In this document: in pieces, positions 42,418 to 55,177 of the stretch
How the letters are laid out: every line of letters begins with the position of its first letter
Numbering within the stretch: the first letter of the stretch is position 1
DNA from: Camelus ferus
Taxonomy: Eukaryota
DNA length: 64,000 nucleotides
NCBI RefSeq assembly: GCF_009834535.1
Contig: NC_045697.1
Location: forward strand, 104,658,001 to 104,722,000
Reading direction: 5' to 3'
Notes under the pieces: generated by a model
Seen by the model: only the letters and a program-made list of their open reading frames with translations
Told to the model about the DNA's origin: nothing
Database searches by the model: none
Made by a program: the position numbers and the translations under genes

Positions 42418-43135
42418 CTGGATATTGCAGCTTTCTCCATTATCTCCTGCTGAATGAGCCCAGACGGCTCGATGACATCCAATATAATTATGCTCCACAA
42501 CTTGTCTGACTTTGGCCTTTGCAACACCGCAGACTCATCTTCCACGTGTCTCAGCCAAAACTCAAGTGTTTCTCTAGGAAAGTGACTGGCGTCAGATATG
42601 AGGTCCAGGGCGGTGCGGTGCTGCTCCTTCTCCACAGAGCTGTAAGGCCTGACCTGCCCAAGCATGCCGGCCATCACAGGCAGAATGGAGAAGCCCTCCG
42701 ACACGTCCAACACATAGAAAGGTTCAGGGACGCTCTGTTCTGAGCCACTCTGTCCACTGCCACAGCTCATCCCCTTCCTCTGACACTGAGCGTCCATGGC
42801 CTGACCCACTTTCTCCGGAGTCAGCGAAGACAGCACTTTCCTCATTGCCATTTTAAAGCCTTCGTGATACGGGGCGTTATTAAGCAAAGCGATTTCTGTG
42901 GATTCCAACACACATGTCTGCTCCCCAGCATCCGGTTTACTGGTCTGAAGGTTAGCCAGGGCGCTACAGAGTTCAGCCTCGTTTCCTACACAGAGCAAGT
43001 CTTCATTCTTGGTGAAACTTTTCCCCACATCCATTTCGTGTTCAGAATTGAAGACACTGATACCCTGGATTCTTAAGTAACAATCTTGACAAGACACTTC
43101 CATCATCACCTGGTCCCCAGGCTTTATCCAGTAGT
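42418..43135 (-). CDS. PRMT9: PRMT9 coding exon 9
   Basis: [24 protein letters not shown]...[12 protein letters not shown]...[22 protein letters not shown]; 718 nt; start of second (pseudo) methyltransferase module. Confidence 0.96.
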
Positions 43136-44860
43136 CTTCATAACGCAGGAAAAAAGAAAAAAATTGCAACTGATGAATATGAGTGTTTATAAGCCTGAGA
43201 ATGACACAAAGAACTCTGTTCCCACCCCCCATTTTTTAAACCACTACAGGAAAGAGTAATCTATTGATTTAATAGAATTAAGTGGAATTAATCTCTTCAT
43301 TTCCTATTAAAAAAAAAACAAACTAGGAAAATCCCTCCAGCTTTACTTAGGGAAAAACTGAAGTTTGAAGATCCAATTAATTTATAGCACAATGCAAAGA
43401 TTCAAGAGCTCGTTACTGGACCTTTAACTGTCAGGGGCATAGCGCTTTTACTGTAACCACTAGGCATCACCACGTCCCCAAACTGCAAGGCAGGGGGAGG
43501 ACTACAGGGGACTCCCGGTCTTTGGTAATGAAGCCAGCAGTAACAAAGACAGCTGCAGTTCAGGGCTCAATACCAAACCTCGCTTTAGCTTAAAGGGACA
43601 CTCTTTTCTCTAAGAGAAATTTCCAAAAGAACAAGGCAGCGTTCAATAGAATCTTATCAGTAATATTTCTTAACTGTAAGTATTTAGACATTCTTACATG
43701 TCGAGACATTTGAAAATATAAGGAAGGACTAAGGCCTACAATGAAGACTATATATCATGGTCTTATCCATGAGCTTCCACATGTGGCAAAACTTTAAAGT
43801 GCAAATGTGTGATTGCAATTCCTTCTTATCAGCCTTAGAACCAGTTGAAAATGCATGTTATTCTTGTTTACACATTTTAAATGTCTCATCCCTAAGAAGG
43901 ATTTAAAAAAAAAGTACCATCTAAATTACTGTAAGAGAGTTAGAATAAATGAGCACAACTTTTAGAATGCTACTTATTGAGGGCTGGTCACTGTGGTAGG
44001 CACTGTACATCCAGTATGTCTAGTAATTCCTGCAGCAGTCTCGCAAGGTTAGCCAGCGTCATCCCATTTTTATCCCTCACATAACAGAAGCTCTAAGAAA
44101 TAACCAGCAAGGCTGGCCAGGGAGTCAGGAAGTAGCCAAGATCCAAATTCACATCTACCTGACTGACTCCAAAAACCATCCTAGCCACAACACTACATGG
44201 ATTCCAAGACACAGTGACCTTGCCAGATCAGATCCTTGACTAGGAGGCCACACAGAAGTAAAAATGTATTGCCTTCCAGTGTGAAAAAAGCGATGGACTT
44301 TGTCTATGGAATACAACTGCTCTAACTATACCGATACCCACCAAATTGCTGGTAAAAAAAAAATCTCTACAAAAAAATACCTTTAATAAGGACTTCCCTA
44401 GGTAAGTCCATGGATTCATGAACTCTAAAACTGCAAAGTGTTGTACTTAATCTGAGTGTGCATATTTCCACGACCTGGGAATCCACAGGTGCCATCGATT
44501 CTGTAAGTGGTGAGAACTCCTGCACTACAAGTGGTAGCTTCCCACTGTGTTCCATAGAAACTGAACTAGCATTTCTCTTACCTGCTGATGACCAGAGGAC
44601 TCAGAGCTGAAGAAATGATTTAATGATGGATATTTCTGAATGGCCTGCAGCAGAGTTGTGTTTTAGTCTCTCTTAACTATATATCTTAATTATTTAAAGC
44701 GACTTTTAAAAAAGAAAAAGAAAACTCTCAATGATTTAACCAATCTCCCCTGACTGGAAACTTCATATTCAAATTGAATTTTCTTGACACTGACTCAAAT
44801 GCTGAGAGGATTAAAACAACAAGTCCTCCCCCACCAAAAAAAAAATCAGACAAGATATAC

Positions 44861-45044
44861 CTGCAAGATCTTGTACGGGGTAGACAGCCTGTTCCCAGCA
44901 TGTTTCCTCACTAGGACTTGTGGATAAACTGTGTTCCTCATCCAGCTGGAGCACAAACCAAACCACAACAGCATCTAGCACGCCTTCTTTAATAGCAGGA
45001 GTACTGATTTTATCAGGTTTTCTAGTTGCAAGACTTTTTAATTC
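44861..45044 (-). CDS. PRMT9: PRMT9 coding exon 8
   Basis: [64 protein letters not shown] loop; 184 nt. Confidence 0.96.
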
Positions 45045-45399
45045 CTGACAAAAAATGTAAAAGAAATAAGATGACTTTACACATTCATTTTACACAGGCC
45101 CCAGTATCATATCACTCTCCATTTCTGTAAGTTCTCAGTCCTGCCCTGCACCCTTAGGGGATCAATGTCTCAGCACACCCATAACCCGGGAAGGTCTGAT
45201 ACATCGTGGTGAACACCCTGCAGCTATTTAAACACTGAGGCAGATACATACAACTGATGTAGCAGGAAGTCCATGACAGACTGTTCAGTGAAGGCAGGCA
45301 TTGCAAAGCAATAGGGGTTATTTTGTCTAAAAAAAAGTGTGCGGGGGGGGGGTGCATGTGGTGTGTAGAAGAATAGAAAAGCAAGTCTGAAGATATATT

Positions 45400-45515
45400 T
45401 CAGACAAAAAATATGTAAATGAATATAGGTATGTGTATGCATGACTGGGACATTGCGCTGTACACCAGAAATCAACACATTGTAACTGACAGTACTTCAA
45501 TTAAAAAAAAAAAAA
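45400..45515 (+). mobile_element. Short L1 3'-end insertion with poly(A)
   Basis: gcatgactgggacattgcgctgtacaccagaaatcaacacattgtaactgac...A tail; same family as 54967-55177. Confidence 0.75.
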
Positions 45516-46078
45516 CCCGATGTATTTCAAACTGGTGACCTCGGGAAAGAAGGTCCTAAATTAGATTTTAAGAAAGTAGAAATATACTTTTTCTTTTTCC
45601 TTTCTACTGTCTTACTTGTAAGTGTTAAACAGGGAGATACTACTTTTAAAATTAAAGCCTTAATAAGATGGGGTGTGTGTGTGTGTCAAAGAAAAATCAA
45701 AATAAGAAAAGCTTAAAATTAGAGGAGGACAGCTTTGGGGTGTTTGGCAGCTATGATGGAGCTGTTCCCCATCGGAATGTTACATCAGCAAAGAAACGCT
45801 CCTGAAACTCAGTCCTAGTGAGCAACGCCCAAGTATGAATTTAGTTCCAGACCAGCTCAAGAAAAACCTAGTTAACAGTTAATAGAGGAAAGCTTTCATT
45901 AGATTATAAAGATCCTAGGCCAAAATGACCCTCACAAAGTCTTCTGCCCCGAGGCAGGTTTCATCTAAAAACCCTGTGTACTTGAACACTTAGCACAGAA
46001 GGGAAGGACTCTGTGTAACCTGTCTCAATCTCCTTGGGCACTTTCTTTGTACAGGACATCCTCCTCCCACCACCCACC

Positions 46079-46079
<1 letters not shown>

Positions 46080-46118
<39 letters not shown>
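46080..46118. repeat. (CA)n microsatellite
   Basis: Seen directly. Confidence 0.95.
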
Positions 46119-46121
<3 letters not shown>

Positions 46122-46708
46122 ATACACTAGGGTGGTTATCAACTTGTCCTGATTTGCCCAAGACTGTCTCAGTTTTAAAACTAAAAGTCCTTTGTCTAGG
46201 GAACCTCTCAGTTCCGGGAAGACCAGGATGGCTGGTCACCATACTACACAAACCATCTAGAGATCTGATTACTGTTCATTTCAAGGAATACTGTTAATCT
46301 GAAATGGAAGTATGACACAGAGAGAAGTTGGAAGGTCTAGGCTATAACTCCTGCCCCCGCATTCACAGCTGGGGGTTATTAAATATGTAAACATTTCCTT
46401 CATCCGTACAGCACAAGGATAATTGTAACTATATTGCAAAACTGTTGTAAGAGTGACCTAAGGACACATGTGAATGTACCAGGCACATTGGACATTCCTA
46501 AAAAGCTGCAAGGATTTTTTTTTTCTCTGTATTAAAGTAAGTAAAGAATTTCAGGAGGGAATTCTGATTACCGTTTAATCATTTTCTTTATGTAGTTATT
46601 GGAACCCCCATGCAAACTCATAAAATAAGACTTCTATGTATTAATTATCTTAAACAAATACATGAAATTTAATGCTCAAAAATAGTAACTTAGCCTTTTT
46701 TTTTTTAC

Positions 46709-46901
46709 CTGAAGATTGTTGAAATCTACTGTCATAATTTCAAAGCACTCTGTCAAAGCTAAATATCCCCCAGGAACTCGACTCATCTTTTCGGTTGTAT
46801 ATGGTTCAATTGTTTCTTCGGCATCTACAGAAGAACAAGCTGGACTCTGAAATTTCACATTTGTTGGCAAACAGATCCCAGCAACATCCTTAACACCCAC
46901 C
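46709..46901 (-). CDS. PRMT9: PRMT9 coding exon 7
   Basis: [64 protein letters not shown]; 193 nt. Confidence 0.96.
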
Positions 46902-46989
46902 CTGGTGAGAGAGTAAAGGGAGAAAGATGGGTTTGTTTGTTTGTTTTTTTAGAATTAAGTAACACCATCTAATACTGAACCAGCAAAAA

Positions 46990-48170
46990 TAAACATAAAA
47001 ATGAAATAAAACTTCATAGGTAAAAGTTTCTTAAATACAATTACATACACAATGACTAACTATAAAGGAAAATAAGTGATAAATAGGTTAAATTAAGAAC
47101 TCTATGGGAGAGGGTATAGCTCAGTGGTGAAGTATGTGCCTAGCATGCATGAGGTCCTGGGTTCAATCCCCAGCATCTCCATTAAAAATAAATAAGCCTA
47201 ATTCCCTCCCCCATCCCATTAAAAAAAAAAGTAAAATGCAAAAGCTCTGCTCATCAAAAGACCCCCAGTAAGAAAGTAAAAAAGCAAGCCACTGAGTAGA
47301 AGAGATTTGTAATACATCTACTCAATAAAGGTCAAACATCCAAAATACATTTTTTAATTACCATAGTAAAAGAAACACAAAAATGGGCAAAAGATTTAAA
47401 CAGACACTTCACAAAAGAACATATGCAAATGCCAATAAGCATGTGGAAGGTCACCAGGGTAAATGAAGTTAAAGCCATTCCACACAACCACCAGAATGGG
47501 GAAAGGAAGTGTTGGTGAGACTACGTCTCAGGCACCACCGGCGGGAGCGTGTAATTAACAAGACCACTCGGGAAGGCTCTCCTAGTTCCTATTTAGGCTG
47601 AACACGCCTATTCCAGACTCACTCTCAATATGGGAACCTCAAGGTGTCTGGCATTTGCATTTTTGCAAACATGCCAACAGAAATTTAAACACACGACCAT
47701 GAAAAAAGTGTTCAACAATGTTTATAGCTGTACTATTTCCAATACCCCCAAAATTGCATATAATCTAAATGCCCATCAACAGCAAATTGGATGAATATAT
47801 TGTGGTGTATTCATACAATGAGGCTTAATATACAGCAATGAGAATGAACTACACACAAGAACAAGGATTACTGGACAAAAGAAGGCAAGCATAAGAAAAT
47901 TCATACCGTGTGATTCCATTTGTACAAAATTCAAATGGGCAAAATTATCCATGGTGTTAGAAGTCAGGGGAGTGACTATTCTGGGGACCACGGGGCACTG
48001 TTAACTCAAAGGGGTTTCTTCCTGGGGACTTTCTGGGGTGGTGGTAATATTCTGGACACTGAACTGAGCACTGGTTACACAGGTGAATCAACTTCATGAA
48101 AATTCATCAAGCCATAAATGTATGGTTTGTGTACTTGCTATAATGTTTGATGTCAAAAAAAGTTTACAGT
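46990..48170 (+). mobile_element. Old L1M 3' fragment containing a SINE
   Basis: aaaatgggcaaaagatttaaacagacacttcacaaaagaac and aaatgcccatcaacag motifs. Confidence 0.7.
47107..47235 (+). mobile_element. tRNA-derived SINE (Vic-1-like)
   Basis: gggagagggtatagctcagtggtgaagtatgtgcctagcatgcatgaggtcctgggttcaatccccagc plus A-rich tail. Confidence 0.85.
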
Positions 48171-48407
48171 GAAGAAAAACACTTCAAGAGCATTCTAGCA
48201 ACACCATTTTGTAAAAGGAAATACTCCAACCTCATCTCATTCACAGGCATTCATTTATCAGCAATCAGCTTTTAGAGGGTTTCAGAAGTTCAAATAGTCT
48301 ACTCCTAGAAAGTATTTTATCATACTCTAAAAAGATGAATTATCAAATGGAACTATTAATGATTTTAATAGTAACAAAATCAGAAGTCACAAGGTATAGA
48401 AACAAAA

Positions 48408-48985
48408 AGAATGTGATGTTGAGCATCTTTTCATGTGCCTGCTGGCCATCTGCATTTCCTCTTTGGAAAAATGTCTATTCAGTTCTTCTGCCCATTTTTT
48501 AATTGGGTTGTATTTTTTTTTAATACTTTTATTGTGATATGATTCCTAGGTTTTTTGGGGGGGTGGTTTTTATCGTTTGTTTTTTGATATTGAGTTGTAT
48601 GAGCTGTTTAAATATGTTGAATATTAACCCCTTATAAGTCAAATCATTTGCAAATTTTTTCCCCATTTGGTACATTATCTTTGTTTTGTCGATGGTTTCC
48701 TTTGCTGTGCAAAAGTTTTTATGTTTAATTAGGGCCCATGTGTTTATTTTTGCTTTTTAATTCCTTTGCTTTAGGAGACAGATCCAAAAAAATACTGCTG
48801 CAATTTATGTCAAAGAGTGTTCTGCCTATGTTTTCCTCTAGGAGTTTTATAGTGTCCAGTTTTACATTCAGGTCTTTGGTCCATTTTGAGTTGATTTTTG
48901 TACATGGTGTTAGAGAATGTCCTAATTTCATTCTTTTACATGTAGCTGTCCGGTTTTCCCCACACTACTTCAGGCTGTCTTTTCT
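48408..48985 (-). mobile_element. L1 ORF2 fragment
   Basis: [42 protein letters not shown] is typical L1 ORF2. Confidence 0.9.
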
Positions 48986-50067
48986 CCTTTTCTCCATTAT
49001 ATATTCTTACCCCTGTTCTTAAAAGTAGAAAAGTAGAAGCAACCTAAAAATTCTAAACTCTGGGAACTACATGCAACACTAGGAAACTGATTTTTAAAAA
49101 TCCACGAATCAAATCTATCAACATGAAGAGGCTTACAAAGAAAAAGCTAATACATTCACTGATCCTTCTGAAACAAAATTAAATTTATCCACACACACAC
49201 TGATACTTACACAGAGCTGACAACCAACCAGTCCACTCTCATTCAGCCAATCTGCTGACAGAGGCCGCTGTCTGTCTGGTTGGTGCCTGTCCCTACGATC
49301 ACCAAATACTGTCCCTCATCACCCTGGCACATGCACAGCAAAGCGTAAGGAAGAATATACAACGAAGATGAGCAGTAGTTATCTACTAGTGAGTATGTCA
49401 CGATGACTTTTATTTTCTTCTTTTACCCATCAGTATTTCCTAAAGTATTTATGTGTTACATTTAAAAGTAAGTCCTAACAAAACATGGATCAACATTTTA
49501 ACAAAATTTTAGAAAATCATTAATGTTCAAGAAAAAAAATGTAACCAAGAAGCTTCTATAACTAAAAAAACTTGTCACCTGTATCACTTTTTTCTCATCT
49601 GTATCACATTTGATCAATCTCAAACTCTCAAGGGTATAAAGATCCTAAAATTTCACCCCACCCAACCACAAAATATTATGTCAATAGTTATTAAGAAGAG
49701 AAAAATGGGAGAAATAAATTAAAACTAAAATTATTTTCACATTGGAAATTTTCATTTCACTTTCATCTAAAGTCAGTCTGAATGTATTATTTGTCCCATG
49801 ACTCTATCACATATCAAAAGGATATTAAGTTGTATCAAAATTAATTTTCCACTAGAAAACTGAAGGCTGATTTTAATCCTAGAGTTCTATTTTTGAAGAA
49901 AGTTTTAAAAAAGCAAAAAGAAAATTGACTGAAATAAACATCATGAATTTAAAGGTCAGAAAACTACTAATGCTCATCCAAATAAATGTCCATTAAATAA
50001 CCTTTGAACTACAGTCTATACCTTAAACTGACAAGGTTTCACCATTTACTCTTTAAATAATCACTCA

Positions 50068-50175
<108 letters not shown>

Positions 50176-51068
50176 CTAAAAACATAACAATAAAAATTAT
50201 ATTGTTACATTTATGTCAAAATATGTGTGTATGATGGCAAGCTATGAAAATTTATGAGAAAAAACTTCAAAAATGACAGTTAAGGATACACAGGTCAAGT
50301 TTTTTTTTTCTTTAAAAAGTTTCTTTCATTTTCATTGCTATATATAAACATACATATTTTTTAACAGTACAAATAGGAAGGGAGGGAGGGAGGTGGGGAG
50401 CTAGAATTCTCTAAGCCTGCCTACAACAAAAGACTACTGGGTCCGACTTATACTGAGAAGCCAAAATCACCATTACCTGCTTGAAAAATGAACTGCTCTT
50501 CCAACCTTTCATTAGCTACTTTAAATCCAAATCATTTTCTGTAAGTAGTGAATTCTTACTGCAAGTTAAAATCCTTTCATTCATAATACATATTATATAA
50601 TTCAAATCTACAACTTATGGGCCACAGCAGAGGATTTCAATGCAAAATATAACTTGGCAATTACACAAGTCAGTCCTGTCCCTTCAGCAGCCTGGGTCCA
50701 AGTGGTACCTTAAACCTACAGCATGCCAGTTAGCACTACATTCCCTTTTGATAATTTGCCAGAAATACAAGCAATGAAGGCTGTGAGATTGAAAGCACTT
50801 CCCCTTCTCAACCCTACTCAAGAATTCCAGAGTCAGCCCCTTCATAATGTAACCTCAGTTCCCACGAATCCCTTCCTGGAGTATTTTTCTGCCTCTGAAC
50901 CCCATTTGGGCACACAAGTATACATTGCGTTATGTTACTAAATGTTTTTTTTTGCACAGATTTCTTTCCAACTACAGAGCATGCACTGCAACAGTGGGAT
51001 GTTATCTCATACTGCCCTGCAACTATGCTCAGGGCTCAAAAAATGATCTACTGAATACTGAATTCTTA

Positions 51069-51245
<177 letters not shown>

Positions 51246-52014
51246 CTATTTGTATAAAAGATGTCAAAGCTGAGAGAAGAAAGGAAGAGTATGTTATAGA
51301 AACAGTCCATTTTCTAATACATTTTATTTCATTTTTAATATCTACTCTTGAAACTTGAGGAACTCTAATGTTCCCGAGGCTCCTCTCTTCTCCACTGGCA
51401 ACTTCTTGGTGGGGACAGAAGGCGGTGCTTCTGACCTGCTGCCTCCTCAGATGTTCTTTCATTGCCAGAATCCTTCACAGTGGGTCACACCCATTACCTT
51501 TACCAGCCCCCCTCCTTAATCCTGAGTAATTGGACTTCTACCCTCAAGGTCCTATAAAAATACTCTCTACCAGCAAAGACACTCCTATTTATCAAAATGA
51601 ATAATCTTTCTCAGTTCTAATTTTCCTTGATCTACAAATAACATTCAGTGCAGGGGAGAAGGCCTGCTCCTCACAATCCTTCCCCTCCCTTCACCGTCCG
51701 TGTTTACCTCTCACACGGGGACTGTCCTTCTGTTACTTCTCTTGCTTTACCCACACCTGTGAATGTTCACGAATGCCTAAGCCACAGAGCTCTGATCTTC
51801 TGTCCACTCTTTCTGGAAAATTTACTCAAAGACACACCAAAAAACTCTCCCTTCTCTGAACTTCCTTAGTCCTTCTGCCAGTACCATCCATTTGTGTAGT
51901 TAGAAGACAAGGAAAAGTTTCATGAATATTCCTTATTCTCCTATCTAGATTGTAGGTGCCTTGAGGACAGAGACAATTTTGGTATCCCCCACAGGGCCAA
52001 CAACCAGTATTTTA

Positions 52015-52042
52015 TACACACACACACACACACACACACACA
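52015..52042. repeat. (CA)n microsatellite
   Basis: Seen directly. Confidence 0.95.
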
Positions 52043-52257
52043 AAACTGTTAGTATTTATGATTGCATACATTTAGAACATGGAAGGTATCTCAAATCATC
52101 TAGTCCAACATCTTGAAGTCTCTAGATTTGCGTAAGATCAAAATAAATTACTAACAGAGTCTATATTGTAATCCGTATCTTCTAATTCAAAGTCAACAGC
52201 TCCTTCTACAATACCAACTGTGAGAAAAATGTGGATCAAGTTAAGGTAACTGATTGA

Positions 52258-52637
52258 TGCTATGGGCTGACTTTTGTACTACCAAAATCCACGCTGAAGC
52301 ACGAACTCCCAGTGTGACAATACTGGAGACAAGGTCTTCACGAGGTAATTGAGGTTAAATGAGGTTCTAAGGGTGAAGTCCTAATCTGATAGGTCTTGCA
52401 ACCTTATGAAAGTGGAGGAGACAGCAGTGAGCTCTCTCTCACCCCACAGGCACAGAGGAAGGGCCATGTAAGGACACAGTAGGAAGGCCATCTGAAAGCT
52501 AGGAAGAGAGCTCCACCAGAAACCAAACTCTCCAGCACCCAAGGTCATGGGCTTCTAGCCTGCAGAGCTGTGAGAAAATCAATGTCTGTGGTTTAACCAT
52601 GGTATTCTGTCAATGGCAGCCTGAGCAGACTAAGACA
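52258..52637 (+). mobile_element. MaLR MLT1A/B-like solo LTR
   Basis: Starts tgctatgggctga, contains gaggtaattgaggttaaatgagg, ends gcagcctgagcagactaagaca. Confidence 0.8.
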
Positions 52638-53481
52638 AGTGAGGACACTGTTTATTTCTGTAAAATGGGTGTAACAGTTGCCTCAACAATCTAATAGGAC
52701 TTCTTTCACAAGAACAAATGTAGAGACCATTGAAAAGCATAACTATTAAGTAAATAAATATAAATACTATCATACACATATGGAAGAAGACTTATCACGA
52801 CAGAGCATAAAAAAGCCCTATTTCGATATAAAGTGAACTTACAAACGTTGAGAAGACAGACTACCCAGGAGAGGGATACAGCAAGTGCTACTCAGAGAAA
52901 ACTCTGTATCTAAAATGACAGTTGTTGGACTAGATGATTTTCAAACCCCTTCTAGCTCGAAAATTCTATCTTCTTGTGACACAGATCAAAGTGAAATAAC
53001 ATCCCAAAAGGCTAAGACTTAGGAAATAATATTCAAAGCATTTGAAGGGCCCAAGCCAACATACAGCTGATTCTTCCTGAGCTTCCATTTTAGCCAAGGA
53101 TATTAATACCAAATGTGATAATTCATTCAAGTCTAACCTACTCATGCATTATTTTTAAGCACAATTTTTAAATACTTATTGACCACACAGGAGGTACTAT
53201 CCATTTTTACAACTAGAACACTAAAATCAACAAAGGTAAAGTAACTTGCTAAAGGTGAAATTTATTTATTAAATGTCTTGCCACGAATTTTTCTCAAGAT
53301 CCTTAAATATTTTTTATCAAGAATATGACCTTATTATGAAAACCTGTCTTATGCTGAACTACCCTATTATCCATATCTTTACAACAGAACGGTTTCAGCA
53401 TTTTGGTTTGGGCTAGAAGCTAGAAATGTGAATATCTTAATTTTTAAAAAATACAATAGTAGATTATAAACACCAAAATTA

Positions 53482-53688
<207 letters not shown>

Positions 53689-54177
53689 TCAAGAAAAAAA
53701 AATGAACTGTATTTTTCCAAATTTTAGTGGAATTACAATGCTTAAACATGGGATTTTCCTTTTATTCTTTAATACAAACATTATTCATTCTGCATTTTTA
53801 AAAAATGAACTAACATTCTTGTCAAGAGATAAATCACACAAAAAATAATGACATCCACCTTATTAAGACACAGTTGGCATGCAGAACGCTAATAAACTTT
53901 AAATAACTAGATTCAACCAGAACGTTAATGTAAAAAGTATTCTTAAAACTCATTATTCAAAATTTCAACGTTAACCCCAAGTTTTTCTCGGTGGTTATGT
54001 CAAGTTCATGATAAAATAAAAGCTACAGTGAAAATAATAGTTAATAATAATAATTGCATGAATAATCATAACAAGATTATAAGAAGTAAATTAAACTCTA
54101 TTTTTAAATTCCACTGCTAAATTTTCCATATTTGGTAAAATCTTTAATTTACATAAGCACACATGTATATGTAATTA

Positions 54178-54462
<285 letters not shown>

Positions 54463-54966
54463 TCAGCTGTATGCTATCGGTTACAGTGCCTCCGCTCAGG
54501 TCACTCATCTGGCCTGAGAACCCCTCACCAGCACCCCAAATCCTACTCAACCCAAGTGCCGTCTTCTTGGGAAGCCTTCTGTGAGGACGGCAATCCTCCA
54601 TCACTTCTTTCCTTTCTGAATCCGTTATGTTTATGCATCCCAGGACACTCACAAGTACTTGACTATGAATTACGACTGTACAGTGGTGTGGCAGAAGCTC
54701 TCCTAGTCAGCCTCCATTTAAACAGTTTTCCAGAACAGAGGTTTCTAAAAACCATTCCCTCTGTAAAAGGTACTAACGCCTGTGGCTGGCAGGCGCCTCT
54801 CTGGTGTGTCACACACCTTTCTCTCCGCAGCCGAGCTGCGTGGTCATCGACGGTCCCTTGTATTTGCTGCCAGACCGGTTTACACCAGCTGTACTTTTTT
54901 TTTCTGTTATAATTTAATTAAGTATAACAGAAATCAAATAAATATGACTAAAAAGAGAGCCACTGT

Positions 54967-55177
54967 TTGATAAAAAACAAGTTTCTTCTGTATAGCACAG
55001 GGAACTATATTCAATATCTTATAATAACCTTTAATAAAAAAGAACATGAAAATAAATATATGTACATATATGCATGACTGGGGCACTGTGCTGTACACCA
55101 GAAATCGACACATTGTAACTGACTGTACTTCGATTAAAAAAATAGAATAAAATAAAATAAAATAAAATAAAATAAAA
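54967..55177 (+). mobile_element. Young 5'-truncated L1 insertion with (AAAAT)n tail
   Basis: Perfect TSD taaaaagagagccactgt at 54949-54966 and 55178-55195. Confidence 0.9.

Noticed and set aside
44851..44860. PRMT9 intron 8 donor GTATATCTTG as a minor-spliceosome site
   Set aside because: Does not match GTATCCTT, and the acceptor has an ordinary polypyrimidine tract
47107..47185. tRNA gene
   Set aside because: SINE head with degenerate cloverleaf and A-rich tail; three dispersed copies in the window
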